From positions 10,935 through 74,934 of IMG/VR virus record IMGVR_UViG_3300029930_000001: 64,000 nt of DNA. One strand, given 5' to 3'. This DNA is from a virus (lineage: Duplodnaviria; Caudoviricetes). A program made the position numbers and the translations under genes. Below, piece by piece: positions 16,298-26,881 of the stretch. The stretch's first letter is position 1. Each line of letters opens with the position of its first letter. The notes under the pieces are model-generated. The model made no database searches. It saw only the letters and a list, made by a program, of their open reading frames with translations, and was not told the origin of the DNA.

Positions 16298-17494
16298 ATG
16301 GGCACCACATCCTGTAGGTACGATTTCTCACCCATTGAGAAATATGAAATCACGCCAGAAGGTTATCTTCGGGCGTGGGCTTCGATTGCTCGCACGGGCA
16401 TTCAGCATTACACCGATGCTGATGGTTCTATTAGGCGAGAGTATCGACCACCTTCTGAAGTGGCGTCTCCCGAGAGCCTAGCCTCATTTGCTGGCAAGGC
16501 CATCACTTCTGAACATCCTCCCGTCCTTTTGGACGCAGACAACACTAAAGACTACCAAGTGGGATTTAGTGGCACTGAAGTGGTGTATGACAATGGTTTT
16601 GTTAAAGCAGTGATGACAATCACTGACAAAGAAACCATTGAACGCATCATGAAGGGCGATGCTCGTGAAGTGAGTGCTGGATATAGGGTGAGCTACGACC
16701 CTAGTCCTGGTATCACGGAAGACGGCGAACATTACGATGGCGTCCAAAAGGAAATCATTGGTAATCACATCGCTGTTGTACGTCGTGGCCGTGCAGGCCC
16801 GCAAGTGAAGCTTCATCTTGATCGTCAAGATGCAGCCGATCCATCTCTATTTCCTAATGAAGAGGAACGTCTTATGACTGCAAAAGTCGTATTCGACGGC
16901 GCTGAGTTTGATGTGAGCGAGAGCGTTGCTCTGGCGATCACTAAAGAACGAGAAGACGCCCGCATGTCTTACGAAGACATGAAAAAGAAGTACGACGAGC
17001 TCCAGGCCGCTGCTGATTCTATGAAATCCGAAATGGATGCCATGGAAAAGGAAATGAAGGGCAAGTGCGATTCCGCTGAGGGTCGCGCCGATGCTCTGGC
17101 TGAGCACGTCGAAGAATTAAAAGCAGAACTGGCCGCCGCCAAGGAAATCAACTTTGATTCCATGGTTGAAGAGCGTCTTGCTCTCATTGAAAAGGCTAAG
17201 CCTGTTCTGGATGCCGCTTATGAATTTAGTGGCAAAACCGCCCGCGAAGTGATGGTTGATTCCATCGTTGCAGTGCGTGGCGACAGCATTGACCTGTCTG
17301 AGAAGTCTGATGACTATGTGCAGGCAATGTTTGACACTCTGTCGGAAGCTTCTCGCAAAGATTCCGCTGTCACCGATGAGCTGCGCAAAAGCGTCGCTTC
17401 TTTAGCTGCTCCCATTACTGCACCGTCCGCTTATATGGATTGGCTGCAAAACGCATGGAAGCATCCCCTCTCCATCTCTAAGGAGGCTAAGTAA
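16298..17494 (+). CDS. prohead protease/scaffold (DUF2213-type)
   Basis: ITPEGYL...IARTG, T.EHP, EVSAGY, GNHIAVV..GRAG..V.L.LD; coiled-coil C-terminal half. Confidence 0.85.
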   Translation: MGTTSCRYDFSPIEKYEITPEGYLRAWASIARTGIQHYTDADGSIRREYRPPSEVASPESLASFAGKAITSEHPPVLLDADNTKDYQVGFSGTEVVYDNGFVKAVMTITDKETIERIMKGDAREVSAGYRVSYDPSPGITEDGEHYDGVQKEIIGNHIAVVRRGRAGPQVKLHLDRQDAADPSLFPNEEERLMTAKVVFDGAEFDVSESVALAITKEREDARMSYEDMKKKYDELQAAADSMKSEMDAMEKEMKGKCDSAEGRADALAEHVEELKAELAAAKEINFDSMVEERLALIEKAKPVLDAAYEFSGKTAREVMVDSIVAVRGDSIDLSEKSDDYVQAMFDTLSEASRKDSAVTDELRKSVASLAAPITAPSAYMDWLQNAWKHPLSISKEAK

Positions 17495-17496
17495 TC

Positions 17497-18054
17497 ATGG
17501 CTGTAGTTTTTACTGCGTCGGGAACCGCCGCGGCTGGTGGTGTGCAGCAGGCTTATGCGCTGACTCACACTGCACTGCTGGAAGGTCAACTCTCCGACAT
17601 TCGCAACAACACTGTTGTTTCTCGTATTAACGAGACTGGCGCCGTCATTCCGTTTGGCAATGGCGTGGTCTATAACAGCGCAGGTACTGTTGGCGAATCC
17701 GCCAAGACGATTGCTGCTGCTGCTGACACTTTCCTGGGTGTGAACGTTCTCACTTATGTGGACGAAACTGCCCTGGACGCAAACAGCCGCCCTGGCGTCA
17801 AGGACAAGCAAATGCTCAACGTGGCCAGCGAAGGCGCTGTTGCCGTTTACGTGCATGGCGCTGTCGATCCGACCACTGTGGTCCGCGTGATTCACACTGC
17901 CACTGGCGTGAAGTATGCCGGCCAATTCAGCTCGACAGTGATCTCCGGCAAAACTGCAACGCTGGCGAACGCTCGCTATCTGACTTCTACCACGGGGTCG
18001 GGCATTGCCATCCTTGAGCTGAACGGTCCTTCGTTCACTCTCACTGCTAACTGA
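17497..18054 (+). CDS. capsid decoration/cement protein
   Basis: Ala/Gly/Thr-rich gene between protease and capsid. Confidence 0.65.
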   Translation: MAVVFTASGTAAAGGVQQAYALTHTALLEGQLSDIRNNTVVSRINETGAVIPFGNGVVYNSAGTVGESAKTIAAAADTFLGVNVLTYVDETALDANSRPGVKDKQMLNVASEGAVAVYVHGAVDPTTVVRVIHTATGVKYAGQFSSTVISGKTATLANARYLTSTTGSGIAILELNGPSFTLTAN

Positions 18055-18069
18055 TAGGAGGCTCTAACA

Positions 18070-18978
18070 ATGTCTGAATTTCGTATGGATGATGCGGGCC
18101 TGTTCCTTGAGCGGCAGCTTGAGTACATTCGTCCGCAGGTATTTGAAATCGCTTATGCCGACATCAAATACCCCACTATTCTGCCTGTGACCAGCGAAGC
18201 CGGTCCTGGCGCTCAAACTTTCACCTACCGCATCATGGATGCCACTGGTGAATTCAAGCTCATCTCTGATGCTGCAGATGATCTGCCCCGTGCCGACATC
18301 AGCCAAGTGGAGAAGAGCATCAACATCCGCTCCATTGGTGGTTCTTTCGGTTACACCGTGCAAGAACTGCGTGCCGCTCAAATGGCAAACATCGCCCTGG
18401 AGCAGCGCCGCGCTTCTGCCGTGCGTCGTGCCTATGAAGAAAAAGTGGAAGACATCGCCCTGTTCGGCGAAGCTTCTGTGGGCCTGAAGGGCTTCTTCAA
18501 TAACGACACCGTTGATGTGGTGGCAGCCGATAAGTGGTTCACCAGTAGTGGCACCACTGCTCAAGAAATGCTGGACCTGCTGAACTATGGCGTGACTGCC
18601 ATTATCAATGCGTCCAAGATGAAGGAACAGCCCGATACGATTCTCATGGCATGGGAAGACTATCGTGAAATTTCCACCCGTCGCAATTCAGATTCGTCTG
18701 ATGTGACTGTGCTGGAGTATTTCCTGCGTACCAACCCTTACATCCGCAGCATTGAGCCCATCAACCAGCTTGATGCAGGTAATAGCGACCTCAACACCAA
18801 CCGCATGGTTGTGTACAAGCGCGATCCCGAGAAAGTGCAACTGCACATTCCTCAGCCGCTTGAGCTGTTCCCGCCTCAGCAGCGTGGCCTGGAATTCATT
18901 GTTCCCGCCCATGCTCGTGTTGGTGGCGTGGCCATCTACTATCCCAAGAGCGTCATCTACGTTCAGGCTTCTGCCTGA
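18070..18978 (+). CDS. major capsid protein (DUF2184/encapsulin-like HK97 fold)
   Basis: FLERQLEYI...V, IG.SFGYTVQELRAA, GFFN, GGVAIYYP; strong codon bias. Confidence 0.85.
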   Translation: MSEFRMDDAGLFLERQLEYIRPQVFEIAYADIKYPTILPVTSEAGPGAQTFTYRIMDATGEFKLISDAADDLPRADISQVEKSINIRSIGGSFGYTVQELRAAQMANIALEQRRASAVRRAYEEKVEDIALFGEASVGLKGFFNNDTVDVVAADKWFTSSGTTAQEMLDLLNYGVTAIINASKMKEQPDTILMAWEDYREISTRRNSDSSDVTVLEYFLRTNPYIRSIEPINQLDAGNSDLNTNRMVVYKRDPEKVQLHIPQPLELFPPQQRGLEFIVPAHARVGGVAIYYPKSVIYVQASA

Positions 18979-19033
18979 GGATAGTTAATCAAGGGAAGGG
19001 CGTTAAGCTTGTAAACAGTTCTATAGAACACGC

Positions 19034-19420
19034 ATGTTAATTGCTTACCGCCCTGAACTTGAAAATCCGCCGCGTGAAGCTGGTTTTGGTATTATCACTC
19101 GCACTGGTCTCATTCAATTGGTGCCAGGCTTAAATCAGGACATTCCTGAGGAGAAGTGGGAAGAAGCCAAATCCAACAAAGCCGTCAAGCGCCTCATGGC
19201 AATTGGAGCCATTGAAGAGATGCAAGATCGTCTTGTCGTAGAGGAACTCCCCGACGACACTGATAGTCTTTCTGCTCTGCCTCTGTCTCAAGCAATTCGC
19301 GCCATTGAACTCATCCACAACGCAGATAAACTGACAGAGTGGAAGAAGAAAGAAGGCCGTATTCGCGTGAGGAACGCCATTTCTAAGCGGCAAGAAGCCA
19401 TTCGCATTGGGAAGGCCTGA
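19034..19420 (+). CDS. hypothetical head-associated protein
   Basis: Position after the capsid gene. Confidence 0.6.
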   Translation: MLIAYRPELENPPREAGFGIITRTGLIQLVPGLNQDIPEEKWEEAKSNKAVKRLMAIGAIEEMQDRLVVEELPDDTDSLSALPLSQAIRAIELIHNADKLTEWKKKEGRIRVRNAISKRQEAIRIGKA

Positions 19421-19422
19421 TT

Positions 19423-19734
19423 ATGGCAGTCACTTATGCAAGCTTTCTTGAGCGCTTCCCTGAATTCACCCCTCATCCATCGGGGATTGTGAATGGGGCG
19501 ATTGGTGAAGCCACTTTTGATGCATCGGAAGATGTGTTTGGGGCTCAAACTGACAGGGCGGTTAAGTTTCTAGCGGCGCACATTATTGCCATTCAACTTG
19601 CGCAAATGGGCATTCAAATTGGTGCTACTGAAGGCAAGGTGTATGGAGAGGGGCTTGATGCTTCTCAATATGGACAAGAGTTCAAGCGTATGCTTAATTC
19701 GCTTCCTGATTCTGCTGTGGGGTTTGTAGTGTGA
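19423..19734 (+). CDS. head-tail adaptor (DUF4054-like)
   Basis: F..RFPEF, LAAH, S.YGQEF. Confidence 0.65.
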   Translation: MAVTYASFLERFPEFTPHPSGIVNGAIGEATFDASEDVFGAQTDRAVKFLAAHIIAIQLAQMGIQIGATEGKVYGEGLDASQYGQEFKRMLNSLPDSAVGFVV

Positions 19735-20120
19735 CCAATTTCTTGATGCCATTAGCCAATGCCTCCTTGGTGTTTAGCGTGGCATCAGGATATGCATTGG
19801 ACAGTGATACTGGTAATTATGTGGCAGTGTCATCTGGAACTACTTTCTATGCTTCATTGAAGCAAAAGCGGAATCCTCAATACGATCAGTTGCTTGGCGC
19901 TGATAATACTGCCGTCTACATGGAAGGCAGGCTCACTAATCCGCTTACGCTTTCTGGCGTGACGTTTGGCGATTCAGCGCGAGCAACGATCAATGGAAGG
20001 GAAGGAAGGTTTGAACTATTGCCTAACGAGCAAATTGCTGAGCATTATTGGCAATTTCTCGGCACACCAATCAGAGGTATTTTTAGACTGGTTGGTAAAG
20101 GAAGCGTGGACAACGCTTAA
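19731..20120 (+). CDS. head closure/neck protein
   Basis: Synteny; beta-rich 129 aa. Confidence 0.5.
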   Translation: MTNFLMPLANASLVFSVASGYALDSDTGNYVAVSSGTTFYASLKQKRNPQYDQLLGADNTAVYMEGRLTNPLTLSGVTFGDSARATINGREGRFELLPNEQIAEHYWQFLGTPIRGIFRLVGKGSVDNA

Positions 20121-20153
20121 TCACTTTCTCTTTCATCGCTGAGGATTTTCCCC

Positions 20154-20732
20154 ATGCTCTACCATCCCACTGAACTGGTAAAGAGCCAAGACGTGATTGT
20201 GCGCGTTGGCTCCATCACCGGCACCTCCCGTCCCATCATCACCCAAAGCGGCGCTACTTTCACTGTTAGTGGCGCTCCCACGCTCTACACGCTCCAGGCG
20301 GCTACCACTGCTTCCGTTGCCTTCAACGACAACAACCAAGAATTCTACCTGCTTGGCGGCGGCGGTTTTGCTGATAGCGTGATTGTCACTTCGCAGGCCA
20401 CTGCATCTATCACGTCCTATTTCCAAAAGGATGTTGACGGTACCGTCTTCCTTCCCAACAGCTTTGACGAAGCTTTCCAGGTCATTAGCTCTTCTCGCTA
20501 CGACAAGGAAGCTGAAGTGTACGTGGAAATCAACAAGCAGCTTGGCGCTTCTGGTACTACGTTCTATTACGATCGCGTGGCCTACGTGGGTCGCGTGATG
20601 AACTATAACGAAAGCTATCCCGCTGACAATCTGGTTGAATGCACCTTCGATCTTGTTTCTCGCGGTCGCATTGGCATCCACCAAAACGCCACTAACACTG
20701 GCAGCCTCATCCCTTCTGCTCCTAATAGCTGA
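20154..20732 (+). CDS. major tail tube protein
   Basis: Strong codon bias, Ser/Thr-rich, followed by a terminator, upstream of chaperone and tape measure genes. Confidence 0.7.
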   Translation: MLYHPTELVKSQDVIVRVGSITGTSRPIITQSGATFTVSGAPTLYTLQAATTASVAFNDNNQEFYLLGGGGFADSVIVTSQATASITSYFQKDVDGTVFLPNSFDEAFQVISSSRYDKEAEVYVEINKQLGASGTTFYYDRVAYVGRVMNYNESYPADNLVECTFDLVSRGRIGIHQNATNTGSLIPSAPNS

Positions 20733-20756
20733 TACAGCCACTAGGGAAAGTTTGCT

Positions 20757-20782
20757 AGCCTCCTTTATAGGAGGCTTTTTTC
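20757..20782 (+). terminator. intrinsic terminator after tail tube gene
   Basis: AGCCTCC-TTTATA-GGAGGCT-TTTTT. Confidence 0.7.
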
Positions 20783-21193
20783 ATGGATATTGGCCAACTG
20801 CGCGAAACAATTACGCAGCTTCTTTCTGCATCGCCTAATTTAATTGGAGAATACGCTTTGCCTGGAGGCAAGGTTATTCCTGCTGTTTATGTGGTGGGGC
20901 GACAGAGCGTGCCAAAAGAATGGAAGGCAAAAGGTCTAGAGGTGACTATTGAAGAGTTTCCAGCGATGAGCCCACGTGCAATGGTGGGCAAAGTTCGAAA
21001 CAATCAGCAGTGGACAATAACGCTTGTGGATTACACCCCCAATTCCACTGCACTACATAACGCCGCACAACGGATTGCTCGTAGATTTCCAGACGCCCAG
21101 TTTTCTTTCCGGCCGGAAAGCGATGTGGTGTATGGGCAGTATCGCATTAGAATTCCAGACGTACAGCTATTAAACATACATCCTCCATTGTGA
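20783..21193 (+). CDS. tail terminator/completion-like protein
   Basis: Synteny and size. Confidence 0.45.
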   Translation: MDIGQLRETITQLLSASPNLIGEYALPGGKVIPAVYVVGRQSVPKEWKAKGLEVTIEEFPAMSPRAMVGKVRNNQQWTITLVDYTPNSTALHNAAQRIARRFPDAQFSFRPESDVVYGQYRIRIPDVQLLNIHPPL

Positions 21194-21408
21194 AACTATT
21201 GAAAAGCGAATGCGGCAAGGCTTGGTTGTTTGACGTGACTAAGGATGAATATTTTTTACTAGCTGGATTCGCTTGTTTTATGCCTGGATGTAGCTCAATC
21301 GTCTCCTTTCCCATTGACGGCAAAACAACGAAAGCAATTGTGCCAGGGGAAGTAGCGGTAAGCGCTGTTCCGTTAAGAATGTTCAATGCTAGACTTGCGC
21401 TGCGATAG
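21190..21408 (+). CDS. hypothetical protein
   Basis: Overlapping start and stop with both neighbours. Confidence 0.5.
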   Translation: MKLLKSECGKAWLFDVTKDEYFLLAGFACFMPGCSSIVSFPIDGKTTKAIVPGEVAVSAVPLRMFNARLALR

Positions 21409-21416
21409 TGACCGCC

Positions 21417-21938
21417 ATGAGTAAGTATTCGGAATTTTTCTTACTGAGTAATGCGCAATATCAGCCCATTGGAGAATGCTTGCGTTTGCGCAAATATGGT
21501 AGCTGGCTAGCGGAAGAGGCATGGCTTAGGGAAGAACAGTCTCAGCGTCGTGCGCAACTCACGTTAAAAGCAATTGCATTCGCCCGCAAAATTGCGGAAG
21601 AAAAGAACGTGGACGCAGAGGAAGCTTTTACATTGCTTCAGTCTGGCGGTCAAAATTCTGAGCTTTTTTCGGAGTATGCAGACGAGACGGCTCAACTCAT
21701 GCAAAGCATGCCGTCTCAACGGGAGCAAATCGAGCAACTTGTTACTGTTTTTTTCCGTAACAGAGGAGAAGTGATGCAAGGCAAGAAGTGGGGGCCAACG
21801 GAAGATTGGAGCGAGGATGACACGCGAAAACTCCCTAAAAATCTTTTAGACATGGTGGAAACATTTATGAGCGAAGAAGATGCCAGCATTGTGTCTGATG
21901 GAGAGCCGGCGGAAGGAGAGGAAGAGCCAAAAAACTAA
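21417..21938 (+). CDS. tail assembly chaperone (gpG-like)
   Basis: Ends CCA AAA AAC TAA with slippery A_AAA_AAC; upstream of tape measure. Confidence 0.75.
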   Translation: MSKYSEFFLLSNAQYQPIGECLRLRKYGSWLAEEAWLREEQSQRRAQLTLKAIAFARKIAEEKNVDAEEAFTLLQSGGQNSELFSEYADETAQLMQSMPSQREQIEQLVTVFFRNRGEVMQGKKWGPTEDWSEDDTRKLPKNLLDMVETFMSEEDASIVSDGEPAEGEEEPKN

Positions 21939-22345
21939 TAGAGCGGCTGGCTCGGCAATGCGAAACAGCCATTCTCAATAGAACTGACTGGTCAGAGATA
22001 TACGCACAGTTGTGTTCCTTCCAAATTGCCGATCCCATTTTTCATGCCGCAAATTTCAATAAACTTCCAATCAAGCTGATCGAGATTGTATTGAACCATA
22101 GCTATCAAGCTTTGCATAGGGAGACAAATGCAAATAGCATTAGTACGGCTAAATTGGCTCTTGTTGTGTGTAGCGCGTTGGGGAACAAGGGGAGCAAGAT
22201 AAAGCTTGAGCATTTCTTGCCATACGAAATGAAAGAGAATAATGGGCGATTAAAAGAATCAACAAGAAAAGCGATGCAATGGGCATTAAAGAATGAAAAG
22301 CTTCCGGCTGTCGTGGTTGGCATGATAGGCGCGGAATTGCGCTGA
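21935..22345 (+). CDS. tail assembly chaperone -1 frameshift extension (gpT-like)
   Basis: The -1 frame is open from 21935 through the 22010 ORF to 22345. Confidence 0.7.
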   Translation, partial: LIERLARQCETAILNRTDWSEIYAQLCSFQIADPIFHAANFNKLPIKLIEIVLNHSYQALHRETNANSISTAKLALVVCSALGNKGSKIKLEHFLPYEMKENNGRLKESTRKAMQWALKNEKLPAVVVGMIGAELR

Positions 22346-22382
22346 AATGTTAGATTGTGAATAGATTTTATTTGTTTAGGCA

Positions 22383-22901
22383 ATGGCATATCAGTTGCGT
22401 TTTGAAAGCAATGCGTTTCGGGCTGATAGTGCTATTGGCAGATTGGTCGACATCCTTGGGGCTTTTGGTCGTGGAGCGCGTCGCGCTGTTGGTATTAGGG
22501 TTGAAGAATATCAAGGAAACGAGATTAGACAGCTCAGAGGAATCAATCAACGCACATTTGACTTAGCAATGGATTGGGCAGATAATGATTTTGACGAGCA
22601 AATGCAGGCGATTAAGTGGGACTGGAAGGGGCAAGACGTTGTTACTCGCCGCAAAAATGGCGAAAAAGTGACTGAGCCTCGCAACATTATTGATCAAGGC
22701 GATTTGCTTGCAAGCAAGCGACGAGACGAGATTAGACGTGGCGTTACTGAATTTATTTGGGAAGATGATGTGGCCGAGCTTGTCCATGACGGAGGAAGAA
22801 CAAAAACAGGAGGAGTTTATCCTGCTCGTCCATGGACGGAGCCTACTCTCGATCAAATCGACAGTGTAATTGAAACTGTGCTTCGCAACGGAGGGCGCTA
22901 A
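22383..22901 (+). CDS. tail completion/neck-like protein
   Basis: RNIID.GDL..S, VH.G.......PARPW; synteny. Confidence 0.5.
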   Translation: MAYQLRFESNAFRADSAIGRLVDILGAFGRGARRAVGIRVEEYQGNEIRQLRGINQRTFDLAMDWADNDFDEQMQAIKWDWKGQDVVTRRKNGEKVTEPRNIIDQGDLLASKRRDEIRRGVTEFIWEDDVAELVHDGGRTKTGGVYPARPWTEPTLDQIDSVIETVLRNGGR

Positions 22902-22903
22902 TT

Positions 22904-25900
22904 ATGGCAACTTACAGAATTGATTTTTCTACTAATGCTTCTCGCATTGCGAATGAAATTGACAGGGTAAATAAAGCGCTCACTGAAGCCGTTCGCGCGT
23001 CTAAACCTGTTGAGATTAGGCTTGATGACACCAAGCTCACGCACCAGCTTAATACAACATTTAAGCAGCTAGATAAAGAAATTGCGAAGTACGAACGTAA
23101 GCTTCGCAAGCTTTCAATTGGATCTCCCGCATTTGGGGAGAAAGCCTCTCAAATTGGCCAATTAGAGGGCCGACAACAGATGGGGCAAATGACGGCTCAA
23201 GCCGTTCGTTTGCGAGCACAAGCTGGAGCTTTCCCTCAAGAGTCTTTTGCTGGTTTATCTCGCGAGATTCAGGCAGCCAAAATAAGCGCTTCCATGATTC
23301 AGCCAAACACTGAGGCATGGACGAATTTACAAAGGGAAATTGCAAGACTTAATTTTGATCTACAGAAGGCTGATAAGCTAGCCGAAAATATTCAGCTTAC
23401 TGAAAATCTTGGCGCATTCTCTCCTGGTAGTCTTAACGCCTTAGAAGCAAAACTTACTATTCTCAGAAACAGGGCTAAAGAGATTTCGCCTAGTACCACT
23501 GAATGGAAACAATTAAACAAGGAGATCGTACAAACAGAGCAGGCCATTGGAAGACAAACCCGCCGCCCTCTAACAAGAGGACAAAGACTTGGTGCTGCAG
23601 GAGGGGCGTTCTTATATGGCGGAGGTCTTGGAGGTGGCGTAGGAAGCGCTGTCGGAGGCATTGCCGGCGGCTTAGCAGGCGGAGTTCCTGGGGCATTCAC
23701 GGGCGCGGCCATTGGTCAAGCAGCGGATAATTTGCAAGCAATGACCGCCGGCATGATTGAGCAGGCCGTCACCATTGAAAAACTGCAGATGGGGCTAGCC
23801 GCTGCATCTAATAATTTCAGCGATTTTGCGCGAGCCACGCAAGAAGTGGAGCAAATTGCTTTACGTCTTCTCATTCCATTGGACCAAGCTTATCGAAAGT
23901 TCACGCAATTGCGAGCTTCAACTGTTGCGCTTGGTTATGACACGGAAACCACTGGAAAAATATTTGAAGGGACAGCCTCTGCAGTTCTGAGAGCAGGCGG
24001 CAGCATGGATGACGTGGACGGCGCCATGCGAGCCGTCGTCCAAGTGTTTAGCAAAGGGAAGTTAACAGCCGAAGAATTGAGAGGGCAATTAGCAGAACGA
24101 CTTCCTGGGGCGGTTGTTGAATTTGCTCAATCTTCTGGCATGTCTGTCCAAGAGCTTGACAAAGCTTTTGAGGCTGGGCAAACGAGCATTGATGATTTTG
24201 TCGTTTTCTTGCGTCAAAAAGCAAAAGACTCGGAAAGCTTTACAAACGAAATGGCGACAAGCTCTGAATATGCTGGCGCTCGCATGGCGAAAGCATTTGA
24301 GAAACTGCGAATTAATATTGGTCAGTCCTTTCAACCGATGGGGGCCGCCTTTCAGGATTTTGCTACAAGAAGCGTTGGCTTTCTTGACAAGGTTGTTCAA
24401 AAGTTAATTGAACTGCAGTTTATCCAGCCAGGCGCACAATATTACATTGCCGAAAACCTTGCCAAAGGAGGGAGCATAGAAGATCTTAAGCAGCAATTAA
24501 CAGAAGCAGAGGCGCTGCTTGAGAAGACAAAAAAAGCTCAACAAGGTCTGCTTTACGGTGGAGGCGGGAGCATTTTTGATGCGCTTTTTGGTAATTTAAC
24601 GGGCAAGCAAGGATCAGAGGGTAAGGTGAAAGCACTAAAAGAGGCAATCAAAGAGCTGGAAAAATTTCAAAAACTTGCGAAGCAGCGACAAACACAACAG
24701 AATGTGCAAGAGGAAAAAGAAGACAGGGGCAAGAAGCTTTTAGATGCCATCGAGAAGCGCGAAGAAAGTATTGCCAATGCAAGAAAGCAGCGAGAAGAAG
24801 AGATTGCAAACATTCGTGAAAATGCACTAAAGCAAATTGAAGCAATTGAGCGTAGATATAGGGACGAAAAGCTGCGCTCCGAAAGGGAACTTGGCCGTGT
24901 GCAACGAGAGATTGCTGCGTCGGCAGAAGAGAGATCTCTTTTAGAGCGTGAAGCAAGATCTGCCTTGACGGGTGAAGATCCTGCGCTGATTGAACAAGAA
25001 CGGCGGTTAGGTGAAGCAATTCGTCGATACACAGAAGAAAAAGTAAGTATTGAAGAGCAAGAGCAAGACCGCAGACTTGCGAAAGACAGGGAGCTGGAGG
25101 ATTTTAAGAAAAATAATGCTGACGCAATTAACAAGGCAAACGAAAAATATGCAAAGCAAATCGGAGAAATCCAACGAGCCTATGCAAAAACAGTTGCCAA
25201 ATTAATTGAAGATGGCACTGGGAATGGAGCGAAGAGACTTGCTAAGGCCGGCCAGCTTATGGCCTTGATGATTTCGCAGGCTTCGGCACAGTCAAATTTC
25301 CAGAGAATTTCTGGACTACCAATTCGACCGGCGCAAGGAGGCGTTAATGTAGCAGGGCAAATTTATACAAACAAAGAAGACTTTGGTGCAACACTGACAC
25401 AATCAGCCCTTAGCTCAAACTTGGCACCAACCGATATTCGATCTCTCATTGTCACAGGTAAAAACTATTTTGATGCCGTCATTGAAGGACAGCGACTAAC
25501 TGCTGAATTTGGTCGATTGTTTGAACAATCAGCCCAAGCGGCTACGGTCGCGCTTCCTACTATCAACTTAGGCGATCTAGAGGCAAGATTTAAGGCGGCC
25601 CAATCACCTGCAGACGGTGTAGCGGCAAGCGTTAGGGATGCGCGCGAAGAACTGAATCAGCAGGAGAACATCCTCACGGCACTTCAATCAACGTTCACTG
25701 AAATTGGCGCGAGCAAAAACAAAGAATTACGCGATCTTATTGAGCAGGACAACCTTATTTCGGCTCAGATTGACTTGATTAACGGGGGAATGTTGCCGGC
25801 CCTTGCGGAGCAGGAGGCCGCAAATAACAGACAGTTTGAGCAGGCAATGGCGCGAGCTAAAGCGGCGGCCTCGCAGGCGGCAGCGGCAACAAAAGATAGC

Positions 25901-26881
25901 CAAGTGCAGGCAGAAATAGAGCGTTCATTGCAGAATCAGCTCAATACACTTGAGGCGATGAGCAAGGAATATAATACGCAGTCTCAAACGCTGCGTGATC
26001 GAGCGGCAATCTTGGAGGCGAGCAAAATACAAGCAGAAACTAGGATGACAGGAAGAGGATTAGGAGCTGGCTTCATTAACGAGGCCGCCACCGCTTTTGA
26101 GGGGCAACTGCTCAAGGGCGTTGACCCAGAAGGTGCCGCGCTTGTAGCAAAAGCGACAGAACAGCTAACCATTGCTAAAACCGCTGCAGACGCTCTTCAA
26201 TCGTCTATTAATGGCATAGGCACTGCATTTGGAGAGGCAATGACGACTGGTATTGCGAGTCTGGTATCGGGAACTGCCACTGCACAGCAAGTATTCGCCA
26301 GCTTTTTGCAAAGCATTGGCCAGTCTCTCCTTAATGCTGCAGGTCAAATGATTGCCACTTATACGGCTATTGGCATTGCAAAGATATTTGCAGGCATGGG
26401 CGGAGGAGGAGGAGGAGGGGGTCTGGAGCCAAACACTGCTGCCGGAAACGCTGCTTTCATGCAACGTACTGGCGCACTTGGTTTCGCAAATGGCGGCATC
26501 GCTCTTGGCGGCTTCCAAGCCTTTGCTAATGGCGGTATCGTCAAAGGGCCTACACTCGGCTTGGTAGGCGAGGGGCGTTACAACGAGGCCGTTGTCCCTC
26601 TCCCTGACGGCAAGAGCATTCCAGTGCAACTGGGAGGCCGTACAGCGCGTGATCTGATGGGCGGCAATGCTCCAGGCATGCCACAGCAAACTTCCCTCAA
26701 TATGAGCTTTGAAACGACCAAAATCAATGGCACGGAATACGTGAGCCGTGAACAGCTTGAACGGGCGATGGCAGAAACTCGTCGCGCCTCCATTGCTGGC
26801 GGAGCTCGTCAAGGCATGAGCATGACCTTAGATAGGATACAACAAAGCCCCTCTGTTCGCTCTCGCATTGGTATTCGCTAA
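22904..26881 (+). CDS. tape measure protein
   Basis: 1325 aa, Ala/Gln-rich coiled coil, VQVFSKGKL.AEELRGQLAERLPGA tape-measure motif, GEGRYNEAVVPL. Confidence 0.92.
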   Translation: MATYRIDFSTNASRIANEIDRVNKALTEAVRASKPVEIRLDDTKLTHQLNTTFKQLDKEIAKYERKLRKLSIGSPAFGEKASQIGQLEGRQQMGQMTAQAVRLRAQAGAFPQESFAGLSREIQAAKISASMIQPNTEAWTNLQREIARLNFDLQKADKLAENIQLTENLGAFSPGSLNALEAKLTILRNRAKEISPSTTEWKQLNKEIVQTEQAIGRQTRRPLTRGQRLGAAGGAFLYGGGLGGGVGSAVGGIAGGLAGGVPGAFTGAAIGQAADNLQAMTAGMIEQAVTIEKLQMGLAAASNNFSDFARATQEVEQIALRLLIPLDQAYRKFTQLRASTVALGYDTETTGKIFEGTASAVLRAGGSMDDVDGAMRAVVQVFSKGKLTAEELRGQLAERLPGAVVEFAQSSGMSVQELDKAFEAGQTSIDDFVVFLRQKAKDSESFTNEMATSSEYAGARMAKAFEKLRINIGQSFQPMGAAFQDFATRSVGFLDKVVQKLIELQFIQPGAQYYIAENLAKGGSIEDLKQQLTEAEALLEKTKKAQQGLLYGGGGSIFDALFGNLTGKQGSEGKVKALKEAIKELEKFQKLAKQRQTQQNVQEEKEDRGKKLLDAIEKREESIANARKQREEEIANIRENALKQIEAIERRYRDEKLRSERELGRVQREIAASAEERSLLEREARSALTGEDPALIEQERRLGEAIRRYTEEKVSIEEQEQDRRLAKDRELEDFKKNNADAINKANEKYAKQIGEIQRAYAKTVAKLIEDGTGNGAKRLAKAGQLMALMISQASAQSNFQRISGLPIRPAQGGVNVAGQIYTNKEDFGATLTQSALSSNLAPTDIRSLIVTGKNYFDAVIEGQRLTAEFGRLFEQSAQAATVALPTINLGDLEARFKAAQSPADGVAASVRDAREELNQQENILTALQSTFTEIGASKNKELRDLIEQDNLISAQIDLINGGMLPALAEQEAANNRQFEQAMARAKAAASQAAAATKDSQVQAEIERSLQNQLNTLEAMSKEYNTQSQTLRDRAAILEASKIQAETRMTGRGLGAGFINEAATAFEGQLLKGVDPEGAALVAKATEQLTIAKTAADALQSSINGIGTAFGEAMTTGIASLVSGTATAQQVFASFLQSIGQSLLNAAGQMIATYTAIGIAKIFAGMGGGGGGGGLEPNTAAGNAAFMQRTGALGFANGGIALGGFQAFANGGIVKGPTLGLVGEGRYNEAVVPLPDGKSIPVQLGGRTARDLMGGNAPGMPQQTSLNMSFETTKINGTEYVSREQLERAMAETRRASIAGGARQGMSMTLDRIQQSPSVRSRIGIR

